This document shows, in pieces, positions 11,073 to 21,140 of a DNA stretch of 51,154 bases. The notes under the pieces are model-generated. The model did not search any database and had not been told where the DNA came from. It was given only the letters and a program-made list of their open reading frames with translations. Source of the DNA: Rickettsia typhi (GTDB lineage: Bacteria; Pseudomonadota; Alphaproteobacteria; Rickettsiales; JABSSG01); contig CAMDPW010000005.1 in assembly GCA_945905715.1 (NCBI GenBank), positions 1-51,154 of the forward strand, written 5' to 3'. Made by a program: the position numbers and the translations under genes. Position 1 is the first letter of the stretch; the number at the start of each line of letters is the position of its first letter.

Positions 11073-11941
11073 CTTAACATTATTAATGCTTCTGTACCAG
11101 AAGGATTATGGCATAAATAAGCCTCCATAAGACATGATTACCAGATAAAAGCAAATAAAAATTTATGTTTTAATGAAGCAGCATTTTATTTAATTATGTT
11201 ACTTTGTTTAGATGTGAGTTTAAATTTTTTGCCATTGTCTTTAAGACTTATATTTGAATATTTTTCATAAATTTATGACTTTTAGGATACTGATGATGAT
11301 CAGCAGTGATAATCTATTGTTAGTTAATTTTCGCTCTACTTCTACATTTTTTATCATTACAGTAAACTCTCCAACCTCAGATTGATTTTTAGGTATAATC
11401 TTTGTTTTAATGTTGATAGTTATAAAATCTTTTTATTTTCAACTACTATAAAAGCTTTATGGTTACGCCATTTCAAATAGAAAGTCTGATACCATGAATT
11501 CAATAATCCATTAACTAGTAATAGCTTGATTTGCTAGATTTGCTATTTACAAAGAATTGTGTTCAAACTCTAATCTATTATTATCTCTAAGTTATTTTGA
11601 GTTAGGCGCCCATTTAAATCACAAGATCAGAATTAAGTAATCACTTTCTATCAAAGATGTGTATTTGCTCTTAATTATCAGCATAGTTAGAGCTCTTAAT
11701 GTACGCTTTATTATAAAAAAGACTAATCGTGGCAAAAATATAATCTGCTGAGCTTGCAGATGGGATATTATTTCACTTTTGATAAAGATTGCAATATGTA
11801 TCTATCACTTGAACTAATAAACCGATGATATTGCAAAAGATTCATTAATTATTCAGATATGTAATCCAGCAGGCACAGTCTGTCAGTAATGCTTAGTCAT
11901 AAATATTTATGTAGTCCTAATATTCATTTTCTCTTAATTTA

Positions 11942-11969
11942 TTGACCTAAAACTGTATTTAGTTATAAT
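11942..11969 (+). promoter_or_regulatory. Putative sigma70 promoter of argS
   Basis: TTGACC, 16 nt, TATAAT, ending 28 nt before the argS ATG. Confidence 0.6.
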
Positions 11970-11997
11970 TGCAAGGGATTATGCTAATATAGAGCTT

Positions 11998-13743
11998 ATG
12001 AATTTATATAATACTATCACTACTGATATTGTTAACATCTGTCAAATTCTTGCTATCAAGCATAGCTGGCTCATAGATAATTACAGTGCAATTTCGGTAG
12101 AAACTCCTAAAGATCACACGCATGGCGATGTGTGTACTAATGCTGCAATGATTATTGCTAGTAAAATAAAACAAAGCCCAAGAGTAGTTGCTGATTTTAT
12201 TGTTACTGACTTAAAACTGTGCTCATATGTAGCAGAAGTTACTATAGCTGGCCCAGGTTTTATTAATTTGATTTTACAACAGAGTATATGGCATCAGCAA
12301 TTACATCATATTATAAAGCTTGGTGATAGTTATGGCGATTCAACTATCGGTAAAGATACAAAAGTTAATCTTGAGTATGTATCTACTAACCCCACAGGTC
12401 CTATGCATATCGGTCATGCGCGGGGAGCTATTTTTGGTGACGTACTTGCTGCCTTACTCATAAAGTGTCAGTTTAAGGTCACTAAAGAATACTATGTGAA
12501 TGACGCAGGTAGGCAGATTGATGTCTTAGCTGAATCAGTATATGTGCGTTATGCACAGTTGTGTGGAGAAAAAATAGAGTTACCAGTAAATTGTTATCCT
12601 GGTAAATATGTTGTTAAAACTGCAAAAATTTTGCATAAACAATACAGCACTGAACTTTTATATTATACAAAACAGCGATGGTTATCATTAATTCGTGAGT
12701 TTGCAGTAGAAAAAATGCTGGTACTAATTAAGCAGGATTTAGCAGATCTAGGTGTAGAGCACGAGGTATTTTTTTATGAAAGTCATCTCCATAAGAGCGA
12801 TAGTATAGAAGAAGCAGTGAAGCTTCTTGCTGATAAAAAATTAGTTTACTGTGGTATTCTGGAGGCACCTAAAGGAAAGTTGTCTAAAGATTGGGAAGAG
12901 CGGGAGCAATTATTATTTCAATCTACTAATTTTGGTGACGATACTGATCGATCATTACAGAAATCTGACGGTAGTTGGACTTATTTTGCATCAGAACTAG
13001 CGTATTTACAGGATAAAATTAAGCGTGGTTATGATAACTTGATCATAGTTTTAGGCGCAGATCACGGTGGTTATGTTAAGCGTACTAAAGCCGCATGTAG
13101 CGCGCTTAGCAATGATAAATGTGCGATAGATATAAAACTTACGCAATTAGTAAATTTTCTAAAAAATGGTCAGCCATTAAAAATGTCTAAACGTGATGGA
13201 AACTTTATTACCGTACAAGATATAGTGGAGTTAGTTGGCAAAGATGCTATACGTTTTATGATGCTTACTCATAAAAACGATACGGTGCTTGATTTTGATG
13301 TGCAGCATGTTGTTGAGCAATCAAAAGACAATCCAGTGTTTTATGTGCAGTATGCACATGCGCGCGCGTATTCAATCCTGCGTAACGCTACTTTAATAGC
13401 ACCAGATGCCATTGAACTTTTTAATAAAATAGATCTTGTTAACTTATCGTTGCTGTCCTCTCCTTCTGAAATAAATTTAATCAAGATACTGAGTTATTGG
13501 CCTAAGCAGATTGAAGTAGCTGCTGTAAGTCATGAACCGCACCGAATTGCTTTTTACGTGCAAGCTGTTGCTGCTCAGTTTCATGCTTTTTGGAACCGTG
13601 GCAAGGAAACGCAAGCTATGCGCTTTATTGTTGAAGGTAATCCAGCTTTAACTGCCGCTCGTTTAACGCTAGTTTTAGCAATGAGTAAAATTATCGCAGC
13701 AGGACTGAAAATTATTGGCGTTAAAGCAATTAAAGAGATGTAA
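11998..13743 (+). CDS. argS: Arginine--tRNA ligase
   Basis: NPTGPMHIGHARG (HIGH), EYYVND, GADHGGY, KMSKR, YVQYAHAR. Confidence 0.98.
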   Translation: MNLYNTITTDIVNICQILAIKHSWLIDNYSAISVETPKDHTHGDVCTNAAMIIASKIKQSPRVVADFIVTDLKLCSYVAEVTIAGPGFINLILQQSIWHQQLHHIIKLGDSYGDSTIGKDTKVNLEYVSTNPTGPMHIGHARGAIFGDVLAALLIKCQFKVTKEYYVNDAGRQIDVLAESVYVRYAQLCGEKIELPVNCYPGKYVVKTAKILHKQYSTELLYYTKQRWLSLIREFAVEKMLVLIKQDLADLGVEHEVFFYESHLHKSDSIEEAVKLLADKKLVYCGILEAPKGKLSKDWEEREQLLFQSTNFGDDTDRSLQKSDGSWTYFASELAYLQDKIKRGYDNLIIVLGADHGGYVKRTKAACSALSNDKCAIDIKLTQLVNFLKNGQPLKMSKRDGNFITVQDIVELVGKDAIRFMMLTHKNDTVLDFDVQHVVEQSKDNPVFYVQYAHARAYSILRNATLIAPDAIELFNKIDLVNLSLLSSPSEINLIKILSYWPKQIEVAAVSHEPHRIAFYVQAVAAQFHAFWNRGKETQAMRFIVEGNPALTAARLTLVLAMSKIIAAGLKIIGVKAIKEM

Positions 13744-13744
13744 A

Positions 13745-14683
13745 ATGGAAGAATTCAATAGCGATGATTATTTACAACAACGACAAAAACAAAGTAAAAT
13801 TCCTCACAACTTTTTTCAGGTAAAAATGTTAGTAGTGGTGCTAGTGCTCGGTGCATTTTTTTACGTGGCCTGGTATGCTTATGATCGCTTAGAAAGAGTT
13901 GACGATAGTATGTTGCCACTAATTACCGCTAGTAGCAAAATAATAAAATCTAAGCCAGAAAAGCCAGGTGGGTTAGTGATAGCAAATAGTGATAAAGATA
14001 TATATAATGATATGTCAGTTGCGTCTGTTAAAAAAGTTAAAAAAGAAAAAGCCATTGCACCACCAGTAAGTCCGGCATCTAAACAAGTTATAGTGCAGAC
14101 TATTGAGCAAGAATTAAAAATTACGGCAGAGCCTAAAAAAGAAGAACCAAAAACTGATTTTATCGTTTCAAGCAAGCTACAACCACAATCTGCCACAATT
14201 GAGTTAACGGAATTAGATAAAGAGCTAAATACACTTGACAATGTTGATAAGCAAGTAGAAGTAGTTACACAGTCATTGCTGACAGCGCCTTCTGAGGTAA
14301 AATTGGTAGAGCTTGGTACTGATGAAATATCAACTAACGCATCTAAGGTTCCGCATGATCAAGGTCAACTTGTTATTAAACCAGAAGACGTTCCAGTTCA
14401 GACTGCTGAAGCTTTGCTAGGCGAATCAACACTTGGCTCCAGTCAAAAAGCTTACACTATAAGAATTGCAGCATTGAGAAATGAGGAATCAGCTATTGCT
14501 GCGTGGAAAAGTTTACGTACAACTTTTGCGGTATTAAGAAATTTAGGTAGTGAGATTTACATAACAAATCAAGATGGCAGAACTGTATATTATCTTCATG
14601 CAGGACCAGTTGCCACTAAAGAGCAGGCAGAACAAATTTGTCGTGCTATGCAAGAACATGGTAGGCGTTGTCGGGTTTATTAG
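13745..14683 (+). CDS. SPOR domain membrane protein (FtsN-like)
   Basis: N-terminal TM helix, KSKPEKPGGLVI..DK.IY motif, low-complexity linker, C-terminal SPOR-like domain with C...C pair; usual argS neighbour; ATG 1 nt after the argS stop. Confidence 0.85.
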   Translation: MEEFNSDDYLQQRQKQSKIPHNFFQVKMLVVVLVLGAFFYVAWYAYDRLERVDDSMLPLITASSKIIKSKPEKPGGLVIANSDKDIYNDMSVASVKKVKKEKAIAPPVSPASKQVIVQTIEQELKITAEPKKEEPKTDFIVSSKLQPQSATIELTELDKELNTLDNVDKQVEVVTQSLLTAPSEVKLVELGTDEISTNASKVPHDQGQLVIKPEDVPVQTAEALLGESTLGSSQKAYTIRIAALRNEESAIAAWKSLRTTFAVLRNLGSEIYITNQDGRTVYYLHAGPVATKEQAEQICRAMQEHGRRCRVY

Positions 14684-15028
14684 AAAATTCATTGCTATTT
14701 TTACTATGATTAATAGTTTGCTTTAGACTATTATCTAAAGTAATAATCCACGGTCTTGCTAAGTTGTTTTTACTATTTATATTCAGATACAAAACTTCGA
14801 GAGTGAGTTTGAGCAATAGAAAACACGAATCTTTATTACAACACTATATGAGTTGTAAGGTAAGGATTTGTAACAAGTAAAAGTCGTTACTTTAATTTTA
14901 GGTAGAGGTAATATTGTTGATACAATATAATCTAGATATTCATAAAGCACAATTATGGTGATATTATCAAATACATATTCTAGTAGGTTTAGAAAAATAT
15001 ATTAATTGTTAATAATAAGCTCACGACG

Positions 15029-16504
15029 ATGCAAGAAGAGGATAACCAACCAAATAATCAAGCTTTTGAGCAGTTCAAGCCTAATATTCCAGATTGGGTA
15101 AAGACTATACCTGGAATTTCTCGTAGTTTGTATGAGAAAGCAGTGTGCGGTGATGCCACTGCTCAATACTTGATTGGTAAAAAAATCGAACTTTCAGTTA
15201 AGAGAGCGGTTCCTGGTAGTAAAGAATTTGATTGTGTTGTCGGTCTTTATGAAGCTTCAGATAAAAATGGCGAATCTCGTGCCGGAGAGCGTATAGTAAA
15301 AATTTGGGCAGCTAATAAAAAATATAAGCAAGAATTAGAGAATAGTAGTAGTAATAGTCTTGCAAATAAAATAAAGTATGGTGCCTCAGTTGCTCTTAAC
15401 TATCTTTCTTCAGCTCTATCTCATCCAGTTACTACTATTGCCTCGCGAGTGGCTACTATCGCAATATCATCCGCAGTACCACCAGTATTAGCAGGAGTTA
15501 TTGTTGCTCAAGTTATTTCTATTGGCTTTCGTACCGCACAAGTATATCGAAAAAAACGATTAGAAAGTCGTGAGAGATTATTAGAAAAATTAGATGAAAT
15601 TGTTTCTAGAAGAGCGGTAGCTGAAAAAGCTTTGAATATTTTAGTTACAAAAAAGGTAGTAGCCTTTCAATATGAAAAAAAAGCACGTAAAGACGCTAAA
15701 ATTAGTTTAGTAAAAACTGCTGCTATCAATTTTGCTGAAGATATTGTTCCTATAGTATCTGATATGGTTGCTACTCATGGACTCAGTCTTGGTCCACGGA
15801 TTGTTCAAATACTAAATGACACCTGGATTTCAATAGGTTCTGGCGTTGGTAGTGAAATTGGTTCTGGGGTTTTTGGCTCGCGTAAATTAGAAATTGCTGA
15901 AAATGATACTAGGCGCGAGTATATACAGTATTTGGCTACTAAACATGGGGTACCAGATTATGGTATGGACACTGAAAAACTTCGTCAATTTGTAGAACAG
16001 CAATATCGAGAAACTAAAGCTCTATGTCATATGGTTGAGCATAAAGAAGCATATAGTTCTACGCTTCACCAAATACGTACAAAGGAAGTTAGTAGTAAAG
16101 ACGAACAATTACTACAACCAAAAAGTAGATTTAAAATATTGATGTCAAGTTTTAGAGAGGCCATGATTGGTTCGGAAAGTGATTATATTTATATAAAGAA
16201 GGCATGGATAGGTATTAAGTTTTATATGGAAAAAGCATGGCGTGGTGTTCAGTTATTTGTGAGTAAAGCTAAAGGTACAGATATTTTAGAAGTAACGCGC
16301 AAAGATACTATACTTCAGGATAATAAATTAGAGCAATCCGTTGAATTGGTAAATTTTTCTATCAAAGAGCAACATAATAGGGTAGTAACTGCAACTTTAA
16401 CTAAGTTGTTGGCAAGGCATCCTAGATTAAGCAATAACGCTATTATTTCAGCACCTGCTACTCCTGCACTGACGGTTGAACAAACAGATAGTGTGCGCAA
16501 ATAG
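15029..16504 (+). CDS. Hypothetical protein with Sel1-like N-terminal repeat and hydrophobic segment; candidate secreted effector
   Basis: 491-aa ORF; LYEKAVCGDATAQYLIG (Sel1-like); hydrophobic stretch VATIAISSAVPPVLAGVIVAQVISIGF; tail ISAPATP...VRK. Confidence 0.7.
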   Translation: MQEEDNQPNNQAFEQFKPNIPDWVKTIPGISRSLYEKAVCGDATAQYLIGKKIELSVKRAVPGSKEFDCVVGLYEASDKNGESRAGERIVKIWAANKKYKQELENSSSNSLANKIKYGASVALNYLSSALSHPVTTIASRVATIAISSAVPPVLAGVIVAQVISIGFRTAQVYRKKRLESRERLLEKLDEIVSRRAVAEKALNILVTKKVVAFQYEKKARKDAKISLVKTAAINFAEDIVPIVSDMVATHGLSLGPRIVQILNDTWISIGSGVGSEIGSGVFGSRKLEIAENDTRREYIQYLATKHGVPDYGMDTEKLRQFVEQQYRETKALCHMVEHKEAYSSTLHQIRTKEVSSKDEQLLQPKSRFKILMSSFREAMIGSESDYIYIKKAWIGIKFYMEKAWRGVQLFVSKAKGTDILEVTRKDTILQDNKLEQSVELVNFSIKEQHNRVVTATLTKLLARHPRLSNNAIISAPATPALTVEQTDSVRK

Positions 16505-16651
16505 TTTAGTTATTTTATCATTTTAGAGGATTTAAGTAGTTGCTTTCTAACTGTATATTATCATTGACTGAACTAAAAAATGCAAAAGGTTGATTAATCT
16601 AGACAATTTCTTATCATTAGTATACAATTGCACTATTATTAATACACTTGA

Positions 16652-16918
16652 GTGTTGCTTGTGGTACCTACAGTCACTACTTTTCATAAGCTTTTCATAA
16701 AGAAAAGTTTAACTAAAGTTGAACGCTTTAGTCTAGCTACGAAACTGTCAAAAAAGTTATTACGCACGCTACTTAGTCAAGATAATAGCGTTGTTACCAA
16801 GCACGAGAGTAAATTTCGTCCTGATGATCAAAGTAGTAATTTTGATGGAGTCAGAAGTGCTGATAACCCAATCATAGGTGAGCATTCTTCAGATTCTTCA
16901 TCTGAAGCTAATTTTTAA
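16652..16918 (+). CDS. Short hypothetical ORF, possibly a gene remnant
   Basis: 88-aa ORF with GTG start, Ser-rich tail and no motif. Confidence 0.25.
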   Translation: MLLVVPTVTTFHKLFIKKSLTKVERFSLATKLSKKLLRTLLSQDNSVVTKHESKFRPDDQSSNFDGVRSADNPIIGEHSSDSSSEANF

Positions 16919-17073
16919 GCTATCTATTTTTTACTTTTTTTTATGTAATTTCATCATATCAATAATCATGCAACTTAAGTAAAGATGTGCATTGAGAAAA
17001 TTTAAATTACTGAATTATTATCATATATCAATCCAACCCCTGTTCAATACAACAAATAATTATATAGCAATTT

Positions 17074-18606
17074 TTAGTATGATCTCTTCTTGTTTACTGA
17101 TTTTTGAGCTGTTTTTGATGGGGATAAATTGCCTATTTTAGCAGTATCAATTAAGTTATCTTGATGATTGTTTAATGTATTCGCAGCGCTAGTAAGGTTT
17201 TTAGGAAGTAGTTTTTTTCGCATCATACTCAAGGCGGTCTTGTCTAAATTTAGCGCTGTTACCATTTTTCTTGCCGTCTTAGTATGCATTGTTTTTGGCT
17301 TAGTTTTTGTTTGAATTTGTTTATTTTCTTTGATCTTGGAGTCCTTCTCTTTAGTAGGGATGGTTTTTGTTTTTTTATGGGCAACAGGCTTTGCTATTGT
17401 AGTTACCACAGATAACTCACTTAGTGGAAGCATTTCTTGAGCTGAAACCCCGTAGTCTGTAACGACAGTGTGTTCAATATTGATAGCAAGTCTACCGACG
17501 ATATTGTGTATATTGCTAATAGAATTTTCTACATTGCGCATTTGCTTTTCTAATGAATCAAGCCTAATGTCTGCGGTCGCATCAGTTTGTTTCTTGATAG
17601 TAACGGTATCAATATCATCTAAGTGTAAAACAGTAGTATTTATAGGTTGTATTATTGTATTTACGGGAATAACAGGTGCCAAAGGCGCTTCTTGAGATAA
17701 TGTTATCATAGATTCTATATCAAATTTTCTTACAAGTGTTGTTGGCGCAATAGTAGATGTAGGTTTGATTTTGTCTGCCATTGGTGTGATAGCAGAAAAA
17801 GCACGTGGAGATTGCTCCGAAAAAACCGATCCAATCCCTACCGCTGGTTTTGAAGTGATATTACTTGATTCAATTATTTCTTTCGATGTTGATCTTGCTT
17901 CTGACACCTGAGTGACTACAGGAGCTGTCATAATCGCTGATGCTGATTTTTCTACAATTAAGTTATGTGCACTCTCTTTTATAGCCTTCTCAGGTGTTGT
18001 TATGGTAGTTGGCTCTATAGAAATAATTGCTCTCTTCTTAGAAGAGCTAACTAAATTTTGTATAGGAGAGGTTTCCAAGCCTTGACTAATCCCTTCTATA
18101 AACCTACCAAAACTCATAGGGGTTACACTTACTAAGTCTCTAATTGAGTCGTAGTTATCGAGAGCTGAATTACCTTTGTCCGACGAGATCATTGCTACCG
18201 GGTTCCCATCGACAAATTGGATCAAATCATATGCGTCAGGAATCAATTTGCCGTGATCATCTACCCTGTGTACCGATAAAACAAAGGTTAAGCCTAATTT
18301 TGGTCCAGAGAAAGAAAAATGCATGGTTCTATGATCGTCATTTTTTCCTGCCACTAATTTTTGCGTGGAACTAAAGATATATTCAACATCGTCAGTCCAC
18401 ATAATATCGCCAGCTACTATTGGATTTCTACCAGTAATATTGGCTCGAGCTGCTTTAATTAAATTACTATTCGTTAGTGCATTTGTATCTTGAGGTTCTT
18501 TATTTGGACCGCTTTCAAGGCTTGTAGATGTACTTTTTCTACCGATAAGCTTATAAACATCTAGGAATACTTTTTCTCTTTCTGGGTTACTATTTAATAT
18601 TGTCAT
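17074..18606 (-). CDS. Hypothetical protein (N-terminal globular domain, Ser/Thr/Pro-rich region, short coiled coil, basic tail)
   Basis: 510-aa ORF; aa ~95-158 resemble aa ~727-792 of the 909-aa protein; ends LSPSKTAQKSVNKKRSY. Confidence 0.75.
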   Translation of the reverse strand: MTILNSNPEREKVFLDVYKLIGRKSTSTSLESGPNKEPQDTNALTNSNLIKAARANITGRNPIVAGDIMWTDDVEYIFSSTQKLVAGKNDDHRTMHFSFSGPKLGLTFVLSVHRVDDHGKLIPDAYDLIQFVDGNPVAMISSDKGNSALDNYDSIRDLVSVTPMSFGRFIEGISQGLETSPIQNLVSSSKKRAIISIEPTTITTPEKAIKESAHNLIVEKSASAIMTAPVVTQVSEARSTSKEIIESSNITSKPAVGIGSVFSEQSPRAFSAITPMADKIKPTSTIAPTTLVRKFDIESMITLSQEAPLAPVIPVNTIIQPINTTVLHLDDIDTVTIKKQTDATADIRLDSLEKQMRNVENSISNIHNIVGRLAINIEHTVVTDYGVSAQEMLPLSELSVVTTIAKPVAHKKTKTIPTKEKDSKIKENKQIQTKTKPKTMHTKTARKMVTALNLDKTALSMMRKKLLPKNLTSAANTLNNHQDNLIDTAKIGNLSPSKTAQKSVNKKRSY

Positions 18607-18612
18607 TGATTA

Positions 18613-19287
18613 CTATTCTCCAAGGCTATGTTTATACACTTTGTACAATTCTTCCAATACCCCCATGCCTTTTACTACTCGCACTGGTTTACGTCTCTCA
18701 ATCTCTTCAAGGCTAGTAATCTCATTATTTGACCAGATTGAATATTCTTTTTTACCACCATCTTTTTGAAATAAAAAAACCTCCTTAAGCAAGGTAATGT
18801 CATTAGTCAATTTTTCATCTATGTTACGCGATTCAATACCTGGAGCCAATTTTGTACGTAATATATGCATTATTTTGATAATCTCTTCGGTTGAAAAAGA
18901 ATTGGCAATTTTTTTTACCTGTTCTTCACGGGACAAATTGCTGAGAGATTTAAAAAATTCGTTATACTTCTCTACTTCGCTACTACTTACTACAGATTGT
19001 GTGGAAGATAATATACCGCCAATTTGCTCATAAAAGCTTGTTAATGCAAATTCAAGCGTGGTAGCTGGTGATGAAGCGCAGACGTCATAGATGTTAGCTA
19101 ATTTTATAATATTAGCAGTATTAAACATATTACTATTTTTTGACATCTCAATAATAATATTAAACGTATGTAAATATTTTTCATCATTTTTATCACTAAT
19201 ATTCGTAATTATTTCAGCGATATTTGAGCAGTCTTGAACTTTTATATACTGACTAATTACTGCTTGTTGTTGTTCGTTTATGGGCAT
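18613..19287 (-). CDS. Hypothetical protein
   Basis: 224-aa ORF ending 6 nt upstream of the 510-aa gene, so probably in the same operon. Confidence 0.7.
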   Translation of the reverse strand: MPINEQQQAVISQYIKVQDCSNIAEIITNISDKNDEKYLHTFNIIIEMSKNSNMFNTANIIKLANIYDVCASSPATTLEFALTSFYEQIGGILSSTQSVVSSSEVEKYNEFFKSLSNLSREEQVKKIANSFSTEEIIKIMHILRTKLAPGIESRNIDEKLTNDITLLKEVFLFQKDGGKKEYSIWSNNEITSLEEIERRKPVRVVKGMGVLEELYKVYKHSLGE

Positions 19288-19570
19288 ATTTCTATCATTT
19301 TATCTTATTAATAAATATGTTTAATGTATTGAGTTTATTATTGCATACGTAATTTTGTCAACGATTTTAATATTGTTAAAATGATAATTTTAGGAGATTC
19401 GTGCTCTAGGTGTTGTTACTCAGATTTAATACATTTAACTAATATTAGTAACTTCATAGCGCTCAATTAGTTTCAAGGAATTGAAGTAAGTCGTATGTAT
19501 CTCCTGATTTTAGTAGTAGGGGTGATAGAATTAACACAAAGATACTTTGATTTGAGTATTGATTATTTGC

Positions 19571-19586
19571 GTTAACCTTTTTTTAA
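19571..19586 (-). promoter_or_regulatory. Candidate CtrA binding site
   Basis: The reverse strand reads TTAA-AAAAAGG-TTAAC, matching the TTAA-N7-TTAAC consensus; it lies in the divergent intergenic region 65 nt upstream of 19652. Confidence 0.4.
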
Positions 19587-19651
19587 TTAATTCATAGTAT
19601 CTTTTTACGCATGTCTTTGAGATTAGTTGGTTTTTATTTAGAGTGTAGGTT

Positions 19652-20242
19652 ATGACAAAAAAGCAAGTAGTCGATGTGCAATTAGCGCAACAGAATCATG
19701 AGGTCGGCGCTGCTTATGCTAAACTAGAAGGCGAGTTCATTCGTGCACTGATGAAATGTTCAGCATTAGAACAAAAGCTAAAGGCAGTTGCTGATGGTAG
19801 AGAAGAATTAAAAGAAGCGCGTCGTGTAGATTTTGAAAAAATTTTTGCCAAAACTAAACACGAGCTTGATGATCTATGTAAAGCTGTAATAGTCTCGGTT
19901 GATCAGGTTCAAGATATAAGTACTCAGGTACATGCGCGTCAGTTAATTTCTCGTAGCGCTCTTGAAGAAGTTGTTCATCAAATGGATGTGAGTTATGGCA
20001 ATATTATGCCATCTGCTACAGATATAAATGAGAAGAGAATGGCGCATATAGTAAGTGATATACAAAAAATTTTCGATGGATTTCCACTTGCCAAAGTCGT
20101 TGCCACGCAAGATTTACGCAGCATTGTTGAAAAGCATCCTCAATTGACAAAGACGTTAACTAAAATTCAGATGGTTAGAGCTGGAGATAAAGCAGTTCTA
20201 GCTCCTAGTGGTAAAACGCATAGTAGTGGTCAAAGTTACTAA
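19652..20242 (+). CDS. Hypothetical helical/coiled-coil protein
   Basis: 196-aa ORF, first gene of a three-gene plus-strand unit. Confidence 0.7.
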   Translation: MTKKQVVDVQLAQQNHEVGAAYAKLEGEFIRALMKCSALEQKLKAVADGREELKEARRVDFEKIFAKTKHELDDLCKAVIVSVDQVQDISTQVHARQLISRSALEEVVHQMDVSYGNIMPSATDINEKRMAHIVSDIQKIFDGFPLAKVVATQDLRSIVEKHPQLTKTLTKIQMVRAGDKAVLAPSGKTHSSGQSY

Positions 20243-20243
20243 A

Positions 20244-21089
20244 ATGGCATTAGATTTAAGAAAATTATATGAAGTAATTACTGCTTTGCCAGAAGCGGCT
20301 GATTCTAAAGCATCAGCATTAGGAGATCGTCTTGAGCAAGAGATGAATCGCCAAAAGCAGTTATTTAACAATAATTTAAAAAAACGAGGTCTAAATATTG
20401 ACAATCCAGTTATAACCTCGCAACAAAAAAATAAAATAAAACAAGCCACGATTTCTTATACCATTGGTTTATACCAAGAGATGTCACAAGGTCTCTCGAC
20501 ATGCGCTAAGGAAATCGAAAATCGTTATCGTGAAGAGCCAAGTGTAGAAGGTCAAGTTCAGCTCATAGCGGTCCAAAAACAATTAGAACAAGTCGCGAGT
20601 AAAATGGCGGCATATGCTCAAGCATTGCAAACTGAACAAAAAACTCGAGATACCGAGTTAGCTAAGCAAAGAGAATTAGATAAACATTTTATTGATCTCG
20701 AGCGCAAAAAAGAAAAAGAAAAAGAACTAGCAAAAGAACAAAGAAAAGCTAAAGAATGGGACAAGTTGCTTAACATGTTGCTTCCTCCAGCCTTGTATGA
20801 ATCGTGGCAAGTTAAAACTCAAGAGAAGTTAGCTTTGCTAACAAAGGAATTAGGTTGTGAAATCAAGGCTCCAGAAAAAATTCTTACTACCAAGACAGAG
20901 GCAAAACCAGTAGTAGCAATGGAGAAGAAAGCGTTAGCACTTTTTGATGTATTAGTCAGTAAAGCACCAATTGTGCTTAATAATACTATTGACACACAAA
21001 CATTACCGATTACCACAGAAGCAAAATTGCGTAAAGCAGAGGAAAATAAAAAAGTAACGGAGTATTTTACGCAAAAAATCAATAGGTGA
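20244..21089 (+). CDS. Hypothetical coiled-coil protein
   Basis: ATG 1 nt after the upstream stop (MALDLRKLYE...); long Glu/Lys/Gln heptad-like region. Confidence 0.72.
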   Translation: MALDLRKLYEVITALPEAADSKASALGDRLEQEMNRQKQLFNNNLKKRGLNIDNPVITSQQKNKIKQATISYTIGLYQEMSQGLSTCAKEIENRYREEPSVEGQVQLIAVQKQLEQVASKMAAYAQALQTEQKTRDTELAKQRELDKHFIDLERKKEKEKELAKEQRKAKEWDKLLNMLLPPALYESWQVKTQEKLALLTKELGCEIKAPEKILTTKTEAKPVVAMEKKALALFDVLVSKAPIVLNNTIDTQTLPITTEAKLRKAEENKKVTEYFTQKINR

Positions 21090-21140
21090 TACATAATTAG
21101 GCAATATATATTCATAAAATCAAAAACCTAGGAGGTTACA

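Noticed and set aside
13715-13744. Tracked upstream starts of the SPOR gene (13715) and of the 20208 ORF
   Set aside because: They overlap the preceding genes; ATGs 1 nt after the upstream stops (13745, 20244) fit better
19387-19511. Imperfect inverted ends (aggagat / atctcct) suggesting a MITE
   Set aside because: Only a 7-bp perfect core and no target duplication; expected by chance
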